Shown one piece after another: positions 1 through 17,900 of a DNA stretch of 64,000 nt (position 1 is its first letter; each line of letters begins with the position of its first letter). The position numbers and the translations under genes were made by a program. Location: positions 13,204,818-13,268,817 of the forward strand of contig OZ037772.1 of assembly GCA_964035545.1 (NCBI GenBank), written 5' to 3'. This DNA is from Bugula neritina (Eukaryota; Animalia; Bryozoa). The notes below the pieces were generated by a model, which searched no databases, had not been told where the DNA came from, and saw nothing but the letters and a program-made list of their open reading frames with translations.

Positions 1-489
1 AATTCACTCATCACTGCAATTCTCACTCTGTTGATACTCTCTTCATTAACTATGATGTCTCTATCAGAGAGGGGTTGCCTAGCAGCAGTCACCATAGCGA
101 GAGATATAGAGAGATGTAGGAGAGGCGCCCACTTCATGTTATACTATCAGAACTATCCACACAACTGCTAGACACCTCACAAACTTACTAACTGTACATT
201 GCAATATTCTACCCGCAACATTCCCTACACTGAGGTGAAAGGTCAGCTCTAACAGCTGCCTAATATTACTGCAGCTAATAGGGTACAGACAAGATGAGTA
301 ATGTACAATACAAGACTGGTTGCTCTGTTGGTTAGAAATAAACTTGTATTGTACAATATTTACAAGTACAGATGAAAACTCTACACTACTACAAGCTATC
401 TGTACACATAGCCTCAAATCATCATAATTATATAAAACACAGTTAGACTGAGAAACCTAAAGCATTCAGAGGATGGTGTTGTTGATGAG

Positions 490-600
490 GGGAGGAGCTT
501 CAGCTAGGAGGGAGGAGCTTCAGCTAGGAGGGAGGAGCTTCAGCTAGGAGGGAGGAGCTTCAGCTAGAGGGGAGGAGCTTCAGCTAGAGGGGAGGAGCTT
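490..600. repeat. ~20-bp tandem repeat (GGAGGAGCTTCAGCTAG..) in the WDR5 3' region
   Basis: Five to six visible copies. Confidence 0.9.
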
Positions 601-753
601 GCTATTTAGCAGAGGGTGTGGCTAGCATTGAATTGCTACCATAAAAAAGGAGTGGACAGACTAGATGTGGAGACAGAGGAGAGAGGGAAGGGGTGGATAG
701 ACTAGATGTGGAGACAGGGGAGTGAGGGAAGGGGTGGACAGACTAGGGGGGCT

Positions 754-5406
<4,653 letters not shown>

Positions 5407-5542
5407 AGCAATGCGAGTGGGGAGGGAGTTATGAATCGTCTTAGTATTGTTGGGGAATTCTTTATTCTGTCAACAGGAAAACAGGACGAACCAACCACTG
5501 CCTTATCAACACTTTTTGTCCCCTGCAAGCATATCACAGGAA

Positions 5543-6370
5543 AGGTAAGTATATTACAAGATATGAAAGTATATTAGAACAGAATTAAGCACGTTATAGC
5601 ATACGTAAGTATATTAGAACAAGGTAAGTATATAGCAAGAAAGGTAAGTATATTACAAGAGAGGTGAGTATATTACAAGAGAGGTAAGTATATTACAAGA
5701 GAGGTGAATATATAGGAAGAAAGGTAAGTATATTACAAGAGAGGTAAGTATATTACAAGAGAGGTGAGTATATAGGAAGAAAGGTAAGTATATAGCAAGA
5801 AAGGTAAGTATATTACAAGAGAGGTGAGTATATAGGAAGAAAGGTAAGTATATTACAAGAGAGGTAAGTATATTACAAGAGAGGTGAGTATATAGGAAGA
5901 AAGGTAAGTATATTACAAGAGAGGTAAGTATATTACAAGAGAGGTGAGTATATAGGAAGAAAGGTAAGTATATTACAAGAGAGGTAAGTATATTACAAGA
6001 GAGGTGAGTATATAGGAAGAAAAGTAAGTATATTACAAGAGAGGTGAGTATATAGGAAGAAAGGTAAGTATATTACAAGAGAGGTAAGTATATTACAAGA
6101 GAGGTAAGTATATAGCAAGAAAGGTAAGTATATTACAAGAGAGGTAAGTATATTACAAGAGAGGTAAGTATATTACAAGAGAGGTAAGTATATAGCAAGA
6201 AAGGTAAGTATATTACAAGAGAGGTAAGTATATTACAAGAGAGGTGAGTATATAGGAAGAAAAGTAAGTATATTACAGGAGAGGTAAGTATATTACAAGA
6301 GAGGTAAGTATATTACAAGAGAGGTGAGTATATAGGAAGAAAGGTATGTATATTACAAGAGAGGTAAGTA
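5543..6370. repeat. 20-bp repeat AGGTAAGTATATTACAAGAG in the WDR5 5'UTR intron
   Basis: About 40 copies, nearly all carrying AGGT(A/G)AGT on the + strand. Confidence 0.97.
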
Positions 6371-8149
6371 TTTAGTTAAATTGAAATATAAAAAAATAAC
6401 AAACAGAAAAACATGATCCTAACGCCAGGAATAACTACAGTCACATCAAATTACTTGAGTTCAGTCGGTATAAACTAAGATAGTAGTGTTATGACAACTA
6501 GTAGTACTATTACCACAAATACTAATGGTAGGACTAAGTCTAGTTACTATGTAAACAGTGAAACATTAAAATTTATTAGTATTACTATTACATTTATTAT
6601 TAGTATTATTAATAAGTAACTAAATTACTGTAAGTGTAATAAAGATTATAGCAATAGTATTAGTAATACCATTACATCTAGGTTTGCTATTAGTTATAAA
6701 TATATTAGTATTTAGTATCAATATTAATATTCATATTGATATTGATAATCATAATGTCAATTATGATATCAAATTTCATCTAAATTGTATTTGTTAAAAT
6801 GTTATACCAATACTTATAGCATATGAGTTATAGTCGTTAATTTCGAATTCAATATCATGACATTTTACTTTGATAATGATATTTAATAAAAACTAAAAGG
6901 TATAAATAGAGAAATTGTTAAAAGTTATAATGCTGAACATAATTATAAGAATTAGAATAAAAATATAATTATCACACGGAATTTTTACTTATAAAACTAA
7001 ATTTATTTTCAAATTAAATTATAAATGTTAGAAGTACTAGGTCTAGTAAAAATTAATATAAAACATTACTTGTACTACTACAACCACTATTATATTTCGT
7101 TTTAGTAGAGTAGTGTAGACGTACCCCTAGTACTAGTAGTAGTAGCATGAACAGTAACATATCTAGTAGTACTAGGAGTGAAGTACTAGTAGGACTAGTT
7201 ATGCGAATAGTACTGCTAGTCACAGAGAGTACTACTACTAGTAGTAGTAGTGGTACCAACAGTACTACTAGTACTGGTACTACTACTCCATACGGAGGGG
7301 GGGAGATAGCCATAGTCATAGTGGCTGATTTCTAAGCCTAGATACTGGTAGATCCGAGGGTCCCACAATAACTATTAGTATTAGTCTCTCCTAGAGGTCT
7401 TGGAACTTAACCCAATCAAGATCAAGTACTGTAGTACTAGTAGTAGTACTACTACTACTAGTAGCAGTAGACCTTCGCAGTATCAGCATGAGTATCCCTA
7501 TCAGTATCAGCTATCACCTATCAGACTCAGTTATCAGTATTATTAATACTATGACTATCACTATGAGTATAACTATAACTCTGTGACTGTAAGTGTAAGT
7601 AAATGTGATACTAATAGTAATAGTGTAATACTAATACCCAAATAGTAATAGTAATACTTATAGAGTTATACTAATTGTAATACTAATACTAATACTAATA
7701 GTAATACTAATAGTATAACTAATTAATAATATTATAATTATTAACTATAACTATAAGTATTACTATCAGTATTACTATAACAAGTATAAGGTTAAGTACA
7801 ACTATAAGTATAAGTATAACTGTAAGTGTATAACTATAAGCATAATGATGAGTTAATGTTATAAGTATAACTATAACTATAAGTATAAGTATAAGTTATT
7901 AAATTTAATATTTATATTAACTTCAACAGTTTAACTTTAAGTATAGGAAAAAGTATTGAATTAAAATCAACGCAAACATTCAGCCACTAGGCGATACTTG
8001 TGGTTTTGTAATATGAAACAATACAACCTATTTTAGTGCAATTTAATTACTGCTTGTTAACTCCTAACGACTACGAGAATGGCCATGAATGACTATGACG
8101 ATAAAAAGTCAAATGCACTCAGTTTGATCAATTCATTTGGCAAGCTCAA

Positions 8150-8630
8150 ACGCATGTTTCCGGTTGTTTAACCATAATTTATTTCAAATTGTAATTAAAT
8201 AAATTTTGTTTTTAAATTGTGTTTGTGTAAAATTTTTTATTAATAAAAATATTTGATTGAAAAATCTGTTTATTGTCGGCTAGGGTCAGGTGACGAGAAC
8301 TTTATCCAATAGGCGCACGGAAGCCATTATTATTCGACGTCCATATTTCATTTTGCTCTCAGACTCGTACCTCGCAAGTTGAATAATTGAGGTACTTATA
8401 TATTACCTAATTTCACAGAAAGGTCCATAAATTGATGCATTGCTAGGACGGATATTTGAAATCACACAAATAAATGTTTATAACTCCCAAATCTTTCCAA
8501 TAAAGTCATATAAAACTATTAAATGTTTTTGCTGGTGTCATGTGATAGGTTTCAGCCAATAAGAAGCCGAGATCGCCACCGGGTTCATATATAAAGAAGT
8601 GACCCGTCATCTTGTAAGTATTCACTGCGA
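8150..8630. promoter_or_regulatory. Probable BET promoter, possibly shared (bidirectional) with WDR5
   Basis: Lies between the divergent genes. CCAAT boxes at 8306 and 8556, ETS-like CGGAAG at 8318, TATATAAA at 8588-8595 and an Inr-like TCACT at ~8622, just upstream of the BET ATG. The WDR5 first exon was not pinned down. Confidence 0.5.
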
Positions 8631-8671
8631 AGAGCTTATGGAGGACGTCGGAATATTATCCTATTCGTGAC

Positions 8672-11600
8672 ATGGCTACTGTGGATCATCAATCCCTGGA
8701 ACCATCGTCATCTACTCACCAGCCACCAATCTCTGGGTATAAAATACAATTAGTGGCAGCTAATGTTCTTTTGTAGAAAAATCTTCAAGTTCTAAAACAT
8801 CGCCTACTTATCACTGTTGTCTCCGCCATTGTTTGAAAGGTGGCGCGCAAATATTGGCTAGCGGCAGTCTCCCATTTGGCTAGGATTAAATAGCTTCCTT
8901 GGTTATCAAGTTGTACGACTTGAAGAGCAAATCAGTTTGGTTTTTGACTTGTCCATACTTCCCCAGCAGTTTTTAAACTCGACAACTCATGGTTTGGTAG
9001 GGAAATCAGTATGAGTATGACTGAGTATGAGGAAGATCAAAAATAATAATTTAATATTCATTTTGATTTTCCAGTTCACTTCTACTTATAGGTCTTCAAA
9101 TTGGTAATCGCTGTAATCCTGACAATATAAAATTGAAAAATAAATGTCTGACAGTGATAGTGAGTCTAGTGCAGTGATACCGATGCCCTTCATAATCATT
9201 TAGTTTTTCACTTTTTGACCTTGCAGTTGCCGTTGATGTTATTCGTATTGAATTTGACATTTCCCCCGTGATTGTGGCGGCAATCAACATATTCATTGGT
9301 GTTCATAATAATATTACAATTATTATTCGTAGTGAGTTTGATAATCATTGTGATAATTTACTTTCAGGGTCGTAATTACACGATTATGAGCATCAGAAAA
9401 TTCGGTACCCATCACTGTAGGCGTGTCACCACTCTGTTAGTATGAATATGAGTATGACTACTGAATTATTTTGCCAGTTGAAGTAGTACTAGAACTTCAA
9501 CTAGTAGTACTACTACAACCGACGTCAAACTCAATTGTATGCCTAAACTAAAACACCAACAGTAAATATTCCATAACCTGAGACACGTTACTAATGGCAA
9601 TGATCTTTCTACCCTTAATTTTAGTACATTTGCCTTTGGTGGTGATACATGCAGTTTTAGTTGTTAGACTTGACACTTGTACTAGTTGTTATTAATTTGA
9701 ATTTATTCACTAGTATGGTAATACTAGCAATGGTCATTGACCTGCCAATCTGAAAGAGGTCACTCTCTTCCTCCAATCAAATTCGTGACTAATGCTAACA
9801 GCTGATTATATCATTAAGATTGAGTAGAAGGTGCTGCCAAGTTACTCACTCTGCATTGTAACTTGTGTAAACTAACTGTTCATTTACAGGTCTGATGATA
9901 GAACATCTCTTCCTCCATTACAGACCGCCCGAATGGTAAGTCTCTGCTGCTTCTATTCTGTACTTTACACTGAAATACTCTCCGTATTAGTATACTTCAT
10001 TTACTCTCTCAGTCTAAAGAATTCTCTCTGCGTTGTAGACAGCCCCTGACGACTCCACTCCACTCTCCCCAACCCCAATAGGCAACCCCCCTCCCCCACC
10101 ATTCAGTGGCCGCAATGGCAAAGTCACCAACCAGCTGCAGTACCTCCAGAAGGTCGTACTCAAGGCCATCTGGAAACATCACTTTGCCTGGCCGTTCCAT
10201 GTGCCAGTTGACTCGGTGAAACTGAACCTTCCGGTAAGTGTAGCTCTCTACATCACATATACGTATATTATATGTTATATTATATTATATGTTATATTAT
10301 ACACTTGCTATACCAAACTTACTATACTATACTATACCTACTATACTATATATATATAGTATACTATATACTATACTGTATATACTATACTATATACTAT
10401 ACTGTATATACTCTCAGGACTACTACAAGATAATCAAGCAGCCCATGGATCTGGGGACCATCAAGAAGAGACTGGAGAAGAACTACTACTTCTCCGCTAA
10501 GGAGTGTATTGCTGACTTCAACCAGATGTTCACCAACACCTACGTGTATAACAGCTCCGGGGAGGATATCGTGCTCATGGCTCAGGCCCTCGAGAAGGTG
10601 CGGCTGTACCCTCTGCTATCCACCCCCTCTACTATCCACCCCCTCTACTATCCACCCCCTCTACTATCCACCCCCTCTATACTCTCACCCCTCTGCTATC
10701 CACCCCCTCTCTATGTCTCAGATGCGTAGAGTAAAGCACAATACAATCCACACTTTGACTCTCTTGTAGATATTCCTAACCAAAGTGGCTCAGATGCCCA
10801 GCGAAGAGTATGATATTATCCCGGGGGCAAAAGGTACAAAGAAGGCAGCAAAGCCGCGCGACTTCGGACCTCCACCTGCTCTGCGGCAGCATCAGCAGCC
10901 TGGTGAGTGTCTTACTACACCCCTAGCTGTACTCTGTACATCTCTTACTACACTCCTAGCTGTACTCTGTACATCTCTTACTACACTCCTAGCTGTACTC
11001 TGTACATCTCTTACTACACTCCTAGCTGTACTCTGTACATCTCTTACTACACTCCTAGCTGTACTCTGTACATCTCTTACTACACTCCTAGCTGTACTCT
11101 GTACATCTCTTACTACACTCCTAGTTATACTCTGTACATCTCTTACTACACCCCTAGCTGTACTCTGTACATCTCTTACTACACTCCTAGCTGTACTCTG
11201 TACATATCTTACTACACTCCTAGCTGTACTGTATACTATATATGCTGTCTTGCAGAATCGACAGCATCTAGTCCCCCGGCAGCAACAGTGGCTACGCTCC
11301 CAGTAGGGGGAGTGTCTGCACCTGTTGCAGCAACCCCCACTACTCACTACAGCACATCCACCCCTGGCGGTCCCCTCCTTCCCTCAAAGACAAAAAAGGG
11401 AGTGAAACGGAAAGCTGACACAACAACCCCTGGCTCAGGGGGACTTAAATCCGATCCTGATTTTGCTACAGACGACAGCGCCGTAACTCCTTCAGCTGCC
11501 AAACTTTCCAACAGGTGAGTCCACCTCTACTCTCTCTGTATACTCTACTCTGTATACTCTACTCTGTATACTCTACTCTGTATACTCTACTCTGTATACT

Positions 11601-14600
11601 CTACTCTGTATACTCTACTCTGTATACTCTGTATACTCTACTCTGTATACTCTGTATACTCTGTATACTTTACTCTGTATACTCTACTCTGTATACTCTA
11701 CTCTGTCTACTCTGTATACTCTTTATACTCTGTATACTCTGTATACTCTGTATACTCTACTCTGTTACACTACTCTGTTATACTACTCTGTTATACTCTA
11801 CTCTGTATACTCTACTCTGTTATACTACTCTGTTATACTACTCTGTTATACTACTCTGTTATACTACTCTGTTATACTACTCTGTCTACTGTTTAGCAGG
11901 AGAGAAAGTCACAGACAAATTAAAAAGCCCAAGAAAGATTTACCTGATGAAATTCCGCAACATTCAAAAGGAGGCAAGAAAATGCGTCTCACAACTCAGT
12001 TGAAGTATTGCAATCTGATACTGAAGGAGCTGTTTGCCAAGAAACACGCTGTGAGTACTGCTACTATGTACTACTAAGTACCACTAAGTACTAGTACTAC
12101 TAGTACTATGTGCTGCTACTAGCACTATATACTATGTACCAGCACTCTTATTACTGTAGGCGTATGCCTGGCCCTTCTACCAGCCAGTAGACACGGAGGG
12201 ACTGGGACTTGTTGACTATCACGAGATCATCAAGAGGCCGATGGATCTGGGCACGGTGAGAGACAAGATGGACAAGAGACTCTACGTCAACCACACCGAG
12301 TTTGTGGAGGACGTGCGACTCATCTTCACCAACTGCTACCGCTACAACCAGCCCGACACCGACGTCGTGGCCATGGCCAAGAAGCTGCAGGACGTGTTTG
12401 AGATGAAACACGCCAAGATGCCCGACTCCGGGGCTGAGGAAAGTGACGATGCTAGCAACGCCGGCACCTCAGTGGCAGCAGGCAGCGATGACGACACGAT
12501 AATGCACGCAACTCCTGCTGACAGGCTGGCCAACCACGTGACAAGGGAGGTGAAGGCGGAGGGAGAGGATAGAGAGAGGAAACTGAAGGAGTTGGAGGCT
12601 CAGCTGGCAGCTCTGCAGCAGCAGCTGTGTGAGGCGAGGGGAGACAAGGTGACGCCTAGCAGACAGACTAAACCCCTCACCGGCGCCAATAGTGCTGCCA
12701 AGAAGGGTCAGCGGGCCGCGCCAGGTGTGTGTCTTATCATACAGTACACTGTATACTATCATACAGTACGCTATATACTATCATACAGTACACTGTATAC
12801 TATCATACACTACACTATATACTATCATACACTACACTATATACTATCATACAGTACACTATATACTATCATACAGTACACTATATACTATCATACACTA
12901 CACTATATACTATCATACAGTACACTATATACTATCATACAGTACACTATATACTATCATACAGTACACTATACACTATCATACAGTACACTATACACTA
13001 TCATACAGTACACTATATACTATCATACAGTACACTATATACTATCATACAGTACACTATATACTATCATACACTACACTATATACTATCATACACTACA
13101 CTATATACTATCATACAGTACACTATATACTATCATACAGTACACTATACACTATCATACAGTACACTATACACTATCATACAGTACACTATACACTATC
13201 ATACAGTACACTATATACTATCATACAGTACACTATATACTATCATACAGTGCACTATATACTATCATACGGTACACTATATACTATCATACAGTACACT
13301 ATATACTATCATACAGTACACTATATACTATCATACAGGAACTCCGGCCACTGCAATCTCCTCGGACCTCAAGAAAGACAAGTCACTCTCCACTCCTCAG
13401 CCAATCAAATCAACTAAAAAACAATCAGCAGCTCCTCCGAAAACCTCCAAAACTTCGCTTTCCGCCGCGAAGTCGGTCAGCGCTAAGCGCAGCTCTGCAC
13501 TTCCTTCATCGAAGGGCGGAAGGTCAGCCGGAGCCGGCAGCACAAAAAAAACTAAACAGAGTGCCATCCTGGCTCCGCCCTTTGACTCTGACGATGAGGA
13601 CAACAGCAAACCTATGACTTATGACGAGAAGCGACAGCTCAGCCTCGACATCAACAAGTTGCCAGGTTTGTTTGTACCCCCCTCTCCCTCTGTACCCCCT
13701 GTATTCTCTCCCTCTGTACCCCCTCTGTACCCCCTCTGTACCCTCTGTATTCTCTCTCTCTCCCTCTGTACCCCCTGTATTCTCTCCCTCTGTACCCTCT
13801 GTATTCTCTCTTCCCCTCTCTGTATCTCACTGCGTATTCTCTCTTCCTCTCTCTGTATCTCACTGCGTATTCTCTCTTCCTCTCTCTGTATCTCACTGCG
13901 TATTCTCTCTTCCCCTCTCTGTATCTCACTGCGTATTCTCTCTTTCTCTCTCTGTATCTCACTGCGTATTCTCTCTTTCTCTCTCTGTATCTCACTGCGT
14001 ATTCTCTCTTCCTCTCTCTGTATCTCACTGCGTATTCTCTCTTCCTCTCTCTGTATCTCACTGCGTATTCTCTGGTTGCAGGAGATAAACTTGGCAGAGT
14101 CGTACACGTAATCTCCTCCCGGGAACCCTCTCTTCGTGACAGTAACCCGGATGAGATCGAGATTGACTTTGAAACTCTGAAACCCTCGACACTGCGCGAG
14201 CTAGAGCGTTACGTCACGTCGGTATTGAAAAAGAAACCAAAAAAGCCGTATGGACGTGAGTATTGTGCTACTTCCTGTGTGATCGTTACTTCCTGTGTAG
14301 CGGCTACTTCCTGTGTAGTCACTGAGTCGCTCCTCTGACAGCTGATTGGTTGTCTTGCAGAGCAAAAGGCTCCAGCCAAGTCCAAGTCTGAGCAGCTGGC
14401 TGCCAAGAAGGCTCTCCTCGACAAGAGACTGCAGGATGTGCAGACAACTCTCCAGGGAGGAGCAGCCGGCAAAGTCTCTAAAACAGCCGCCCCCGCACCA
14501 GCTCAGTCTGCTGTCGCTCAGCCAGGTGAGTTCCTTTCTGCTGCCAACTCCCAGCTACTCTCACCAACTCCCAGCTACTCTCTCCAACTCCCAGCTACTC

Positions 14601-14920
14601 TCTCCAACTCCCAGCTACTCTCAGCTACTCTCTCATCAACTCCCAGCTACTCCACCAACTCCCAGCAACTCCACCAACTCCCAGCTACTCTCTCCAACTC
14701 CCAGCTACTCCACCAACTCCCAGCTACTCTCTCCAACTCCCAGCTACTCTCACCAACTCTGTATTCTGTAGGTGCTCTGAGCAGACCGACGGCAGCAGCT
14801 GGTAGCGCGTCTCGTCTCTCTGACAGCAGCAGTAGCAGTAACTCTGAGGAGTCCAGCAGTGACTCGTCCAGTTCTGACTCAGACTCTGATTCTTCAGATG
14901 AGGAGAGTGAAACAGGTTAG
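8672..14920 (+). CDS. BET short isoform (~802 aa) ending ...SDEESETG* by read-through of the donor at 14916
   Basis: ACAG|GTTAG at 14912-14920 is both a 5' splice site and an in-frame Gly-stop directly after the SEED region. ATTAAA lies near 15515 in the following intron. The arrangement matches known short/long BRD4 and fs(1)h isoforms. Confidence 0.7.
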
Positions 14921-17900
14921 GCAGTGGCCCTGCTTGCTCTAGCAGTTTGTATGGACAGCCAGCCTCTGCAGTATATACATCCTACACTACTCTGTATATT
15001 ACCGCTACACACAAACACTGGGAATTTTTACTCTTTGTCATATATTTTATTTTATACTCTCTCTGTGTATACTGCGTAGCTTAGCGTCATACACTGTGCA
15101 GTGTAGTGCAGTGAGTGTAGCTGTAGTGTCTTAATATAGTTGAGGGGGGTCGCCCAACACCTCGCACCTGCACACCAGTTATATACAACACTTAGTCTAC
15201 CAGCGTTTATTTACTCTCCCTTCCCGGGAGCCAACTGCGCCGTGTGTCTTCAACCCAGACTGAATAAGACGCGTCAGCTGACAGTGGCGGAGTGCTGTAA
15301 GGGGGTGGCGGTGGTCGGATACATAGTGGTGGCCACTGCTGGTTCAGGGGATATGAAAGGCGAGCTCCCCCTGCTATATTAGTACATTACAGACATTAGA
15401 GCAGCTATGTGATTGCTGATTGGATAGAATACGCTGCCTGTTTGGCTGCCATTGGTTAATAAGTACTTCTGTTAGTGCTATTTTCTATGTTGTATATATT
15501 AGAATTTATTTATCATTAAAACTAAAGTTTCAAATAGCACTATTTGAATAGACTGTTGTACATAAGAATTTTAACACTATACATGTCACCTTCCCTTTTT
15601 ACTGGCACCACTGCATACTCCACTGCCATACCCACTCTACTGAGTGCTATTTTAACACATTATCTAATTATGTGCTGAATTATTTTGTGATTTTTTCTTA
15701 TAATTATTTTATTGTACTTGGGTATTTCCATTAGCGAGTTGTACCATTATTATATTTAGTGTACCTTACTGGTAGTCAGTTGTAAGTCTAAATATATAGT
15801 ATATTCTACACAAACCTTCACAGCTGTTTCTATTATTTTTCACTATAAATATTTTCGCCATGAGATCTTTCGTCACTACAGCTGTCTCTCGTCACTACAG
15901 CTGTCTCTCGTCACTACAGATGTCTCTCGTCACCTACTAATAACTGGTTTCTGGTAGATTGAAGTGTAACTGGTGTGCAAAAAGGGTGTTGGGGCCCCTG
16001 TCTCATAAACATGTCGGTCATTATAGAGATAGAATAGGTATATAGTAAGCAAATAGTTATACAATAGTTGATCCCTTTGTGTAAGTCTCTGATAATCACA
16101 GTTGACAACTGTTTGGTTGTATAGTCAAGTCCTTGAAGAGGAAGAAAGATGCCACTAATAAAATTAAGAAAGGATTGTCGGCTCTTCCTCAAATGGTGAG
16201 TCACTGAATCCCTGAGTTGAGTTCTTGGAGTGGCTCTATTTTACTCTCCTAGTATATTCCTTGCTGTGACAAATAATATGGTAATTGTTGAGTTGCTATT
16301 GGACAATGCTTGAAGGGCAGTGGTGTAGGAATACGATAGTGTTGGTAAAGAGAGGTGTAGCAATATGATAGTGTTGGTAAAGAGAGAGGCGTAGGAATAC
16401 GATAGTGTCGGTAAAGAGAGAGGTGTAGGAATCTGATAGTGTGGGTAAAGAGAGAGGTGTAGGAATACGACTAACCGTGTGCTGTTTGACTACTTAGAAG
16501 CAGGCGTCTGTCTCCCTCACACCGATTGCTGCAAACTCTGGAAGTTCAGCTGGCAAGTCGCCGTCTCACCAGTCTGTTGGCACTATTCCACTCTCTAAAG
16601 ACACTCGGGTAAGGCTTACATAGTCTATTTAGTGTCACTCATAATACGATCATACACCGTAGCATGTAATAGGACTTTAAACCATTTTTCTTATGTTGAA
16701 AGATTGTGGAGAAGCCAAACCTGCCCCGGTTCTATATAGGAGACAGCGAGACACCTCAGTCTGCACCCTCACCTCTCAGCACTCACTCTAAAGGTACACG
16801 GCTAATAGTTGAGCCAAAGCTCTCTTTCTATGTTGAACATGTCAGACTCTTGCACCTCTCCCCTACATGCAATTCTCTACCACATAGAATGTCTTCTTGT
16901 AGGACAATCGGAAGCCTACCAAAAGAGCTCCACGCCCCCTCTTCATTCTCATCTGGTGAATAGCCTCAGCTCCATAGACTCTGCACTCGGCTCTGAGCCT
17001 CAGTCACAAACTTTCTCACAATCTCAAAATAACTCCCAGTCTTCTCCCAACTCCCTTACAGTTCACAGGCCTCTGCTTGCAGCTAATGCTAAGGTGAGTA
17101 AAGAAATGAGTCCTGTGTTAGTAGTCACTTCTATCAGCTATGACTTGTCTTCTCTCTGCCAGCTCAGCAATGCTATGACTTGTCTTCTCTCTGCCAGCTC
17201 AGCATTGTTTACTATTTCTTGTTGAAGCAGCCACTGGAAGTGTCCGGCAAGTCTCACTCCTTCGAGAGGTCAGACTCTGTAGCCTCCCAGCTCAGCAGTA
17301 GCGCAGGTTCTCAGCCTCTCAAGAACGCCAAGTCATGGGCAGGTGGGTGCTCCTTCCCACTCACTGCTGCAACTACCAGCTAGTCAGTCACCACGTCTCT
17401 CATGTTTCTCATTTCTTTCCTACAGATTTTGCCAAGAAGACGACGGCAGCCCCCAATTCCAAGAAGACTCCATCTCACGTGTCCGCTCAGCTAAGCTCCG
17501 CCCAGGAAGTCGGCAGGAAGTCTACTGCAGCTCCAGTCTCCGACAGTTTTATTCAGTTTAAGAGGGAAGCGAAAGAGAGAGAAATGAGACAGAGGAAAGA
17601 GAGGGAAGAGATGGAGAGGTGAGCACACGCCCTCCGCTATAAAGTGTTATCAGCTGTTAGGTACTAAGTCTATTCATCTCAATGTATTCATCGTTTAGAA
17701 AGAAACTGGAGAGTGAAAGAATGGAGCAGGAGAGAGCGGAGGCTGAGAGAGAACGACTCATCGAGGCTGCAGAAAAATCCAAAATGGAGTTGGAAATGAA
17801 GAAACGAAAACAGCTTGAGCAGCAGCAACAGGTGTGTAGTTAGTGTTTAGATATACTGTAGTTAGTGTTTAGATATACTGTAGTTAGTGTGTAGATATAC

